Part shown: piece by piece, positions 48,679-58,100 of the stretch
Layout of the letters: each line of letters opens with the position of its first letter
How positions within the stretch are numbered: the first letter of the stretch is position 1
Notes under the pieces: model-generated
Told to the model about the DNA's origin: nothing
Databases searched by the model: none
Seen by the model: the letters and a program-made list of their open reading frames with translations, nothing else
Translations under genes and position numbers: made by a program
Assembly: GCA_041946735.1 (NCBI GenBank)
Contig: JBHGAY010000014.1
Location: 32,001-96,000, forward strand
Origin: Candidatus Eiseniibacteriota bacterium
GTDB lineage: Bacteria > Eisenbacteria > RBG-16-71-46 > CAIMUX01 > VGJL01
DNA length: 64,000 nucleotides
Direction: 5' to 3'

Positions 48679-49005
48679 GCCGGGGTGTGATTCTCGCGGG
48701 GACCCGACCGCGGATCGTACTGCGACGTGGCGATTCGTCCGCGGATCGGGGACGCCTACAGCGAGTACGACTCGCGCAACGCCCTCGTGGTGCTGGCCGA
48801 CCGCGCTCTCGCCGCCCGCCCGTGGCGGATCGATCACGTCGATCCTCGCTACGAATCGGGCAGCCAGGCGTCGCGCTTTTTCCGCCAGCCCGACCGGCTC
48901 GACTGCGCGCCGGCTCGTGGTTCCTCCCGCTGCGCTTCTGACTGCGAACGACCGTCGCCGCCGGTATAGACTCTCCAAGAAGCCGCCGCATAAGGAGGAG
49001 CACCG

Positions 49006-49434
49006 GTGAACGGACCGAACCTCGACGCCTGGATTCCCCGCATCCGATCGATCTACCGAATCGTCGTCGCGTTTCTCTTCACGGCTCACGGGACGCAGAA
49101 GCTCCTCACCTTCCCGGTCGCCGCGCCAAGAGATCCCGCTCCTCTGCTCTCGCTGACCGGAGTCGGAGGCATTCTCGAGATGTTCGGAGGCCTGCTTCTG
49201 CTGTTCGGTCTCTTCACGCGGCCCGTCGCCTTCATCCTCTGCGGACAGATGGCGGTCGCCTACTTCCTGCGGCACTCGCCGAACGGCTTCTGGCCGATCT
49301 TGAACCGGGGTGAGCTGGCCGTCCTGTACTGCTTCACCTTCCTGTATCTCGCGGCGGTCGGCGGCGGCGCGTGGAGTATGGACGCCGTTCTCCGCCGGCG
49401 CCGTCGCGGTCCCGAGCGCCGGCCGGTGAGGTGA
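49006..49434 (+). CDS. DoxX family membrane protein
   Basis: RBS AAGGAGG; HGTQKL, LFGLFTRPVAF…QMAVAYF, NRGELAVLY and GGGAWSMD motifs. Confidence 0.92.
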   Translation: MNGPNLDAWIPRIRSIYRIVVAFLFTAHGTQKLLTFPVAAPRDPAPLLSLTGVGGILEMFGGLLLLFGLFTRPVAFILCGQMAVAYFLRHSPNGFWPILNRGELAVLYCFTFLYLAAVGGGAWSMDAVLRRRRRGPERRPVR

Positions 49435-49492
49435 TGCCGGCTCGGCTGCGGCCGCCGCGTCCCGACGTGGGCCCGCAGAGAAAGGAGCAACG

Positions 49493-49984
49493 ATGAGCGC
49501 CGACGCTACGCGTGCCTTCGCGCGCCATGCCGTCGCCACCCTCGCCTACCGTGGCACGCGGAGCCTCCGCGACTGCCCGGAGGACTTCGCCGCGTTCCGC
49601 GCCGGCGATCCGGCGGCTCGAAGCCGGTCTGCGATCGAGATCCTCGCCCACGTCGGGGACCTGCTCGAATGGGCGGCGCGGCTCGCGCGAGGAGATCAGG
49701 GCTGGCGCCCGCAGCCTCCCGTCTCATGGGAACACGACGTCGAGAGGTTCTACGAAGGATTGCGCGCGCTCGATGAGGCGCTGGCGGCCGACGCGATGCC
49801 GACCTACCCGATCGAGACGATCTTCCAGGGGCCGATCTCCGATGCGCTCACCCACATCGGCCAGATCGGACTCCTCCGCCGCCTCGCAGGCTCCGCAGTT
49901 CGCGGAGAGGTCATGGTGCTCGCCAAGGTCGAGATCGGCCGCGTCGGCCGCAATCAGGCGCCGCCCGTCCGGGAGTTCGACTAG
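49493..49984 (+). CDS. DinB/YfiT-like four-helix hypothetical protein
   Basis: RHAVATLAYR, ILAHVGDL and QGPISDALTHIGQI..LRR motifs; RBS AAGGAG. Confidence 0.7.
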   Translation: MSADATRAFARHAVATLAYRGTRSLRDCPEDFAAFRAGDPAARSRSAIEILAHVGDLLEWAARLARGDQGWRPQPPVSWEHDVERFYEGLRALDEALAADAMPTYPIETIFQGPISDALTHIGQIGLLRRLAGSAVRGEVMVLAKVEIGRVGRNQAPPVREFD

Positions 49985-50246
49985 CCCGCGAGGCCGCCGG
50001 GGCGGCGGGCGCTCCAGCGGTTCGAGCCCCGGCCGCGGCCCGCCTCCCTCCGGCGGCCCGCCTCCGCCGGTGTCCCGGCCTCGATTCGGACCGCCCGGCC
50101 GACCGCCCGCCTCTTCTCATCCGCTCCCCACGACCGATCGAACCCGTGCGCTTTCGCCGTCGCCGGCATTGTCCCCTTGTTCGGGACGTTCCGCGGAGGG
50201 CGGCCCGGCACCAACCCGGAGCGATTCCGGCAATTCAGGAGGCGAA

Positions 50247-50930
50247 ATGTTGCACACCATCCGAATCAGGACCCGGGCTGCCGGGGCGGCCTTCGCGGCC
50301 GTCCTGCTCTTCCTCCCGGTGTCCGCGGTCCTTGCCGAAGACGGGCCGGGCGGCCTGATCCAGGCAGGTTCCGACGCTGCCAACGACCCGGTCGACGCGA
50401 TCCAGGCGCCGGCGGCCGGCACCTTCGACATGCTTCTCCCCGATCTCTCCGGCTTCGCGCCCGACGGGGCCTTGAACCGCCACGAAGTGCCGGGAGCTGG
50501 CCCGGAGGATCGATCGGACACCGTCACCGACGCGGGCTACGGTCTTCCTCCCGCGGCGCCCAACGCGCTGGAGCGGACGAAGCTCGAGATGGCCCGAGCG
50601 GCGGTCGAGGCGTCCCGGCGGGCGGGAACGCTCGAGACGAGAGGCGGCGCAGAGGACGGCACGCTCGTGACGACCGAGGAGCAGGAAGCGATCAAGCTCC
50701 AGCGCCTCGAGGCGCTGGCGCCCGCGACGATCACCGAGGATCCGGCGGCCGGGCTGCTCCCGTTCGAGCCGGTGCAGGTTCAGGGACCGCCCACGTTGAA
50801 CGAGATCGAGCAGGCGAAGCTGCGCGGCGAGCCGCTGCCTTCCGCCCCGCAGGCGGATCCCGACGAGGCCGCCCCGGCCTCCGTAACCCCCGTCGAAAGC
50901 GACGCGCCGGCGGCGCAGGAGGAGAAGTAG
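50247..50930 (+). CDS. Hypothetical secreted acidic Pro/Ala-rich protein
   Basis: RBS AGGAGG then ATG 50247; signal peptide (…AVLA); three ExxKL helical repeats. Confidence 0.7.
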   Translation: MLHTIRIRTRAAGAAFAAVLLFLPVSAVLAEDGPGGLIQAGSDAANDPVDAIQAPAAGTFDMLLPDLSGFAPDGALNRHEVPGAGPEDRSDTVTDAGYGLPPAAPNALERTKLEMARAAVEASRRAGTLETRGGAEDGTLVTTEEQEAIKLQRLEALAPATITEDPAAGLLPFEPVQVQGPPTLNEIEQAKLRGEPLPSAPQADPDEAAPASVTPVESDAPAAQEEK

Positions 50931-53900
50931 ATGAAGACGAACCGCCGTCGCACGCTCCTGGCCGCGTTCCTCGCGGCCACCGCCCTCTCCTTCCTGTTCG
51001 CCCCTCGCGCGCAGGCGGAGATCCTCGAGCCGGCGCAGGGAGCCTTCACCGACCAGGATCTCGATCGCGCCCGGCAGGCGAGCGCCGAAGCTCCTCCTCC
51101 GCCGCCCCTGTGGGAAGACAACGAGAGCCGGCAGGCCGAGGCGGACGCGATCGCGAATATGCCTCCCGTCTCGTTGAACAGCACGGATGACGACGCCTGC
51201 CACTACGCGCGCGGCAACACGCTCATCCTTCACATCTTCGTCAACCACACCGGCGGGACGTGGAGCGCGAGCGATCGCGACGCGGCCGGGGCGAAGGCGG
51301 CCGTCGCGAAGCAGTTCTACCTCGACAACGCTCCGGCCGGAGCCAACGTCCACTTCGACTTCGAGGGATCGAACAGCTACTGGTATTACAATCCGACGGT
51401 TGACTACTACATTCCGGACAGCGGAATGGACAGCGACACGATGGAGGACGTCCTCGCCGTCATGGGTCGCGCCGACACCGACGGCGACGGCTGGAGGATC
51501 GACGACTTCAGCCTTGCGATGCAGGACTTCAACGGCGGCTGGGACAACGTGATCGTGGTCTTCGAGCCGAAGCAGACGGGACGAGCCTGGGCCTCGTACA
51601 GCTTCTCGCGATGCGCGCTGTACACCGACGATACCGGGAACGTCTTCGGCCACGAGTGGGGGCATCTCTTCGGGTCGTGCGACGAGTACGTCGAGGGCGG
51701 GCACTGCAACGGCACGATCGACTGCGGCGCCTGCCAGTCGGCCTACCTCGACGACGTGATCAACAACGGCAACTGCCAGCTCGCCTCCTGCCCCTCCGAC
51801 GTCGGCTGCATCATGATCAACAACACCTTCTCGAACATCTGCAACTACACGCTCAACCACTGGGGTTGGGTGGACGAGGACAACGACAACCTGCTCGACT
51901 GGACGAAGCGCCGGACTACCGGGAACAACTTCGTCAACATCTACGGCATTCCGCACAACGGGTACGCGGACTGGAACAACACGACGGACGGCTACTGGAT
52001 CGCGCAACAGTGGAACACCTGGTCCGTCGTCGGCCTGCGCAGCCCGGCAGGGTCCGATTACGACCTGCGCGTCTACGGCGAGAACAACCACAACTACCTT
52101 CTCGCCAGTTCGAACCTCGCCGGCTCGAACGTCGACTTCGTGGCGAGCGACTACAACCACGACCGCCTCGGAAACGAGCACCTGCAGGTGGTCCGATACG
52201 GGGGCGACGCGAACAACTACAAGCTTCATTGGGAGAGCGGCACGCAGATGCTCTACCCGGACGGTATCGTGCGGGACGGAACTTGGCAGTCGTACTACGT
52301 CGTGCGCTGCTGGGACGTCCCGCTCTTCGGAGGGGAGTCGGTCACGTTCACGCTAGACGTCACCTCCGGGAACCTCGATCTCGGGATGGCGCTGTTCCAG
52401 TCGAACGGGGAGCCGTATCACGCCGGCCGCTCGTCCGCCGTCTGGGTCCGGGATGCCGGTGGCGTGGGAGGCACGGAGAGCTGGACGTACAACGTTCCCT
52501 CCGATGACGTCTACGGCCTCGTCGTCTGGTCGAACAGCACCGTCTCCGGCGGCTACTCGATCAAGATCGGGCCCGCCCCGGTCGCTCTGTCCGAAGAGGT
52601 CCCGTTCAACTCGGCGATCGATCTCCGCTTGTACAGCTACGCGGCCAATGCGAGCTACTGGTCGTTCGCGGGAACGCGCCCCGAGGCGGGAACGAACGTC
52701 ACGACCCGGCTCTTCGCCGACGAGAACTTCCAGACCGAGCTGGCGACCTCGGACGATTACTCGGGCGTCGAGTTCGTCGCCGCGGACTACAATCCCGGCC
52801 TCTCGACCGACTACCTGCGCGTGATCCGCGGATCCGGATCCGGCGATCACCGCACCGAGTGGGAGCATGACGCGGACATCCTCGCGGGCGCGATGACCGA
52901 GAGCTGGGGCGCGGGCCACGTCGGGAAGGTGTGGGACGCGCACCTGGTGTCCGGCCAGGAGTACTTCCTGCGCGAGTATCACGCCGGCTCGCTCGATACC
53001 GGGATCTACCTCTTCAGCTCGGCCGACGGCGACCGGTTCAAGCCGCGCAACGAGTATGACGCGGCGAGCAACTTCCGGCCGGCCTCGGACGGCGGGGAGT
53101 GGTTCCACTACACCGCTCCGGCGACCGACTGGTACGGGATCTATCAGATCGTCAACGACGAGTCGTCGGGCAGCTACAGCCTCTGGCTCGGCCGCTATCT
53201 GGCGCTGGCCGAGGAGCAGTCGGAGCGTCCGACCGACGAGATCACCTTCGCGGAAGCCGACGTGCCGGGTGGCTACTGGACCGTCTTCGCGACGCGTCCC
53301 TACTTCGCCGACAACGCCTCGATCTGGCTCTACGGCGACAACGCCTACACGGTCACCTCGTTGAAGGCGAGCGACCAGGGAAGCGGCCGCGTCCCGTTCG
53401 TCGTCGGGGACTTCAACCACAACGCTCCCGGCACGTACTACCCGCGCGTCCGTCGCACCCTCGGCAACTCGCAGGGCTACGACGTCGAGTGGGAGTCGGG
53501 GAACGAGGCGCTCGTCTGGGCTGGATCGCCGCTCATCGGCGAATACGACTGGGTGGTCCACGACGTGGCGGACGTCCTCGACCTGTACGTGGATGGATCG
53601 GTGCCGGGTGGCAGGACGCTCCGGATCCGAGTCGAGGATCTCGGCAACTCGATCGATCCCGGAATCGCGCTCTTCGCCTCCAACGGCGCGGAGTACTGGG
53701 CCACGCTCGCCGGCGCGGTGGCCTCTTCCGACGTGACCGGAACGGGGGGAACGGAGGAGATCGAGGTGCACTTCGACCGGGCCGACTGGTATGGCCTCGT
53801 GATCTGGTCGGCCGACGACGTCGACGAAGGCGGCCGGTACCGGGTCCGTGTCTACGATCCGGCCTCCGCCTCGGCGGAAGACCTCCTGCCGGGCGGCGCC

Positions 53901-54179
53901 GGACGCTTCGACCTGCAGGCGACCTCCACGAATCCGTTCGCCAATCGCGCGAGCCTTCGCTGGTCGATCCCCGCGGAAGCTCCCGCCGATCTCGCGATCT
54001 TCGATCTGGCGGGACGACGGGTCCGAACGCTCGTGCAGGGACGTTCCGCAGCCGGTAGTCACGCGGCCGACTGGGATGGCGCCGACGACGGAGGCTCTCC
54101 GGTTCCTTCGGGGATCTACTTCGCGCGCCTGCGCTACGAAGGAGAGGACCGGAAGGTGAAGCTCGTGCGCTCGCATTGA
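50931..54179 (+). CDS. Secreted metzincin-type metalloprotease with repeated beta-sandwich domains and C-terminal FlgD-Ig-like domain
   Basis: Signal peptide; HEWGHLFGSCDEY (HExxHxxGxxD) and CIM Met-turn; 3 internal repeats (…FVAxD(Y/F)N…); C-terminal NPF…DLAGRRVRTL…WDG…SGIYF. Confidence 0.85.
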   Translation: MKTNRRRTLLAAFLAATALSFLFAPRAQAEILEPAQGAFTDQDLDRARQASAEAPPPPPLWEDNESRQAEADAIANMPPVSLNSTDDDACHYARGNTLILHIFVNHTGGTWSASDRDAAGAKAAVAKQFYLDNAPAGANVHFDFEGSNSYWYYNPTVDYYIPDSGMDSDTMEDVLAVMGRADTDGDGWRIDDFSLAMQDFNGGWDNVIVVFEPKQTGRAWASYSFSRCALYTDDTGNVFGHEWGHLFGSCDEYVEGGHCNGTIDCGACQSAYLDDVINNGNCQLASCPSDVGCIMINNTFSNICNYTLNHWGWVDEDNDNLLDWTKRRTTGNNFVNIYGIPHNGYADWNNTTDGYWIAQQWNTWSVVGLRSPAGSDYDLRVYGENNHNYLLASSNLAGSNVDFVASDYNHDRLGNEHLQVVRYGGDANNYKLHWESGTQMLYPDGIVRDGTWQSYYVVRCWDVPLFGGESVTFTLDVTSGNLDLGMALFQSNGEPYHAGRSSAVWVRDAGGVGGTESWTYNVPSDDVYGLVVWSNSTVSGGYSIKIGPAPVALSEEVPFNSAIDLRLYSYAANASYWSFAGTRPEAGTNVTTRLFADENFQTELATSDDYSGVEFVAADYNPGLSTDYLRVIRGSGSGDHRTEWEHDADILAGAMTESWGAGHVGKVWDAHLVSGQEYFLREYHAGSLDTGIYLFSSADGDRFKPRNEYDAASNFRPASDGGEWFHYTAPATDWYGIYQIVNDESSGSYSLWLGRYLALAEEQSERPTDEITFAEADVPGGYWTVFATRPYFADNASIWLYGDNAYTVTSLKASDQGSGRVPFVVGDFNHNAPGTYYPRVRRTLGNSQGYDVEWESGNEALVWAGSPLIGEYDWVVHDVADVLDLYVDGSVPGGRTLRIRVEDLGNSIDPGIALFASNGAEYWATLAGAVASSDVTGTGGTEEIEVHFDRADWYGLVIWSADDVDEGGRYRVRVYDPASASAEDLLPGGAGRFDLQATSTNPFANRASLRWSIPAEAPADLAIFDLAGRRVRTLVQGRSAAGSHAADWDGADDGGSPVPSGIYFARLRYEGEDRKVKLVRSH

Positions 54180-54331
54180 CGAACTGAAGCCGAAAGGGAA
54201 GAGGCAGGAGAAGAGACGGAGTCGCTCGAAAGCGTCCTCGACACATGCCTCGGCGAAACACGAACGTGGAGTCCGGCTCTTCCCTTTGCCTCGCTGGCGG
54301 TTCGAAAGGACCCCACCACAACTGCTCTCGC

Positions 54332-54371
54332 GGCCCCGAACGTCCCGCCGGACGTTCGGGGCCTTCTCCGT
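54332..54371 (+). terminator. Probable intrinsic terminator
   Basis: Perfect 14-bp stem GGCCCCGAACGTCC/GGACGTTCGGGGCC, 4-nt loop, then TTCTCCGT. Confidence 0.65.
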
Positions 54372-54538
54372 TCTGGCCCGCTGCTGCGGCGCGAGGGACG
54401 GCAGCGGCGACAGAGGCGGCGGTTGCATCCCGCGGCATGATCGGTAGGATGATCCGTTCCCGTTTTGGCGGAAGCGCGTGCTCCGGAATGGTCCGGCCTG
54501 CGCGGCACCCCGCCTGTTTCGGGAAGGGAGGCCGCCGC

Positions 54539-55132
54539 ATGGCGTGGGAAGAGCGAGCGGAGGGCGAGCAGGCCCTCGACTCGACGCGCGAGCTGATCCT
54601 CAGGATCCGTGAAGGGGACGAGGCCGCGCGCGAGCGGCTCTTCGCGCGGTTTCTCCCGGGCCTGCGTCGCTGGGCGCACGGCCGCCTTCCCGCGCGCGCC
54701 CGCGCGCTGGTCGAGACGGACGATCTCGTCCAGGTCGCGCTGATCCGCGCGTTCGCCCGCGTGGAGGAGTTCGATCCAAGGCGGCGAGGAGCGTTCCTCG
54801 CCTACCTTCACCAGATCCTCCTGAATTGCATTCGCGAGGAGATCCGGCGCGCTTCCCGCCGGCCGGGCGGCGAGCCGCTCGTCGAGGAGCTGCCGGAGGA
54901 TCGCGCCTCGCTCCTGGAAAGGACGATCGGCCTCGCCGCAATCGACGCCTACGAGACGGCCGTGCGCGACCTTCCGCAGGAGCAGCAGCAGGCGGTGATC
55001 CTCCGGATCGAGTTCGGCTTCAGCCACAAGGAGATCGCCGAGGCGCTCGGACGTCCGTCGGCGAACGCGGTGCGGATGCAGATCGCGCGCGGACTCGTGC
55101 GGCTGGCGGAGCGGATGGATGCCCACCGGTAA
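54539..55132 (+). CDS. ECF RNA polymerase sigma factor
   Basis: GDEAARERLF, ETDDLVQ, FLAYLHQILLNCIRE, and region 4 (LPQEQQQAVILR…SHKEIAEALG…AVRMQIARG). Confidence 0.9.
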   Translation: MAWEERAEGEQALDSTRELILRIREGDEAARERLFARFLPGLRRWAHGRLPARARALVETDDLVQVALIRAFARVEEFDPRRRGAFLAYLHQILLNCIREEIRRASRRPGGEPLVEELPEDRASLLERTIGLAAIDAYETAVRDLPQEQQQAVILRIEFGFSHKEIAEALGRPSANAVRMQIARGLVRLAERMDAHR

Positions 55133-58100
55133 GCGGCCCGGCGAGCGGGGGGACGCGGCGCGCGCCGCGCGCCAGCGCCTGCAGCGTGTCGCGAGCGCGA
55201 TCGTCCAGGGACGGCCGGTCGACTGGCAACGGATGGCGGAAGACTACCCCGAGCTTCGCTCGCGGCTCGAGCAGCTACGGAAGATCGAGGCGCTCGCCGA
55301 GTCCGGGCGCGTGGGCCGGCCGGCGGCGGGAGGTACGCGAGCCGGCGGCGCCAGCGGGCCGGATTCCTCGCCCGCATCCTTCCTGTTCTCTTGGGGGGGC
55401 TTGCAGGTCCTCGAGAAGATCGGCGAGGGATCGTTCGGCGAGGTGTTCCGCGCCTTCGATCCGGCGCTCGAGCGCGAGGTCGCGTTGAAGCTGCGCCGCC
55501 CGCGGCCCAACGAGCCGCCCGGGGCGCACCTCGAGGAGGCGCGCCGGCTCGCGCGCGTCCGCCATCCTCATGTGCTGACGATCCATGGTGTCGAGACCCA
55601 CGACGGACGTCCCGGCTTCTGGACCGACTTCCTGCGCGGCGCCACCCTCGAGCAGAGGATCGTGGAAGGAGATCCCCTCCCGGCGCGCGAGATCGCCGCG
55701 ATCGGGATCGACCTTTGCGCGGCGCTCGCCGCGGTGCACGCGGCGGGGATCGTCCACGGCGACGTGAAAGCGGCGAACGTGATGCGCGAGTCCGACTCGC
55801 GCGTCATCCTGATGGACTTCGGGGCCGGTTCTTCCCTTCGAGACGACACGCAACGGATCACCGGCACCCCGCTCGTCATGGCGCCGGAGACTCTCGATGG
55901 TTCGGCCCCGCCGAGCCCGGCGTCCGACGTGTACGCGCTGGGCGTGCTGCTCTACCGGCTTGCGACCGGCCGTTATCCGCTCGAAGCGAGCTCGCGCGCG
56001 GAGCTGCACGAAGCGCACCGGACCGCGGCCCGCATCCCGCTCGCCGAGATCCGACCGGACCTGCCCGCGGTGCTCGTCCGCGCCATCGAGCGTGCCCTCC
56101 TCCCCGATCCCGCCGCCCGCACGGCAAGCGCCGCGGCGCTCGGCGCGGACCTCCACGCGAGCCTGCTCGGCCCCGGAGTCCCGGCGGCGGCGGATCCACC
56201 CTCACGCCCGCGTCGCCCCGCGCGAGGGGCCGCGACAAATTTGCCCTCGCCGCCGGGGCGCTTCATCGGCCGGGAGCGAGAGCGCGCCGCGCTTCGCGGG
56301 CTCCTTCTCGAGAAGCGAATCGTCACGCTGGTCGGTCCCGCCGGGACAGGCAAGACCCGCCTCGCGCTCGAAGCTGCGAACGACCTGCTCGAGGCGTTTC
56401 CCGGCGGTGTCTGGTGGACCGCGCTCGCCCCGTTGACCGGCGAGGCTCAGATCGAGGAGGAGGTCCTTCGCTCTCTTCGGCTGCCCGCCGATCCGGCGAG
56501 CCGGCCGCTCGATCTCCTCGTCGCGTCGATCGGCGCGCGGCCGCTCCTTCTCCTCCTCGACAACTGCGAGCATCTGCGCGCCGGCGCAGCCCGCTTCGCC
56601 GCCGCGCTGTCGGCCGCGTGCCCGGAGCTGCGCCTGCTCGCCACGAGCCGAGAGCCTCTGGGGATCGAGGGGGAGATCGTCCATCGCGTGCCGCCGCTGT
56701 CGCTGCCGGTCGCTTCCCGGCTCCCGGGCAGACGCGAGGGGATGGAGGTCGCGGCCTTCGAAGCGGTCCGGCTCTTCGTCGACCGCGCCTATCAGAGCCG
56801 CGCGAGCTTCGCGCTCACGCGCGAGAACGCCCCTGCCATCGCGCGAATCTGCCGGCGGCTCGACGGCATCCCCCTCGCGATCGAGCTGGCCGCCGCGCGC
56901 GTCCGCTCGATGGGGACGCACGAGATCGCCAGCCGCCTGGAACGAAGCCTGTCGATCCTGCCGGCCGGCGACCCGGAGAACGTGCCCCACCGGACGCTCC
57001 GCGCCTCGATCGAATGGAGCTACCGCCTGCTCCGCGATCCCGAACGCACCCTCTTCCGCCGCCTGTCGGTCTTCCTGGGACGCACGCCGCTCGAGGCCAT
57101 CGAGGCGGTGGCAGGCGATGCGGCGGTGCGTGAGGCGGTGGCAGGCGATGCGGCGGCGCGTGAGGCGGAGGCGGCGGCGGCGGATGCCGCGACGCGCGCG
57201 GCGCAGGCGGCGAATGCTCCGGAGGGCGAGGCGCCGGCGCAGATCGCGGGCGAGTCGATCCTCGATCTCCTTTCGAGCCTCGTCGAGAAATCCCTCGTCG
57301 TCTTCGACCCGCCTCCCGCCGATCGCGCCGCGGAAGCCGGCGTGGATCGAGCCGGCCGGGGCAGAGACGGTTCGCAGCCAGCCGCCCCGCGCGACGAGGG
57401 AGGCTACCGGATGCTCGAGATGGTGCGGGAGTTCGCCGCCGCGGAGAGCGCGGCCGCCGGAGAGGAGGAACCTCTCCGCGCGAGGCATCTCGCCTACTTC
57501 ACCGCCCGCGCGGATCAAGCGCTCCGCCAGCTGAGCGGCGCCGACCAGGATGCCTGGCTGCTCCAGCTCGAACGCGAGAACGACAACCTCCGCGCGGCGA
57601 TGCGCTGGGCCGCGCTCCCGGGCGGAGACGCCGAGATGGGGATGCGCACCGCCATCGGGCTTCGCCGCCTCTGGTATGTCCGCGGCTGGATGTCGGAAGG
57701 AGTGGAGCACGTCCGCGCGCTCCTCGCGAGCCCGACGCTGCCGCCGGGTTCGAGGGCGAGGGGGCTCATCGCGGCGGCGAACCTCGAGTGGGCGCGGGGC
57801 GACTCCGTCCCGGCTCGCGCGCATTGCGAGGAGGCTCTCGCGATGCTGCAGGAGATCGACGACCCGGCGGCGCGGGCGGCAAGCCTGTCGATGCTCGGGA
57901 CGATCGAATGCGACGCGGGCAACTACGACCGCGCCGTCTCGCTACTCGAGGAAGGGATCGAGCTGCGGCGCCGGGCCGGAGTCCTGGCGGCCTTGACCGC
58001 TCCCCTGCTGAACCTCGGTGTCATTCACGCCCGGCGCGGAGATCTCGACAGCGCGCAGCGCTGCTACGAGGAGGCTCTTGCCGTCGCTCGCGAAACCGAG

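Noticed and set aside
48727..48969. 80-aa ORF between the lipoprotein and DoxX genes
   Set aside because: No clear RBS or family motif; it may be a gene fragment and is not supportable as a CDS.
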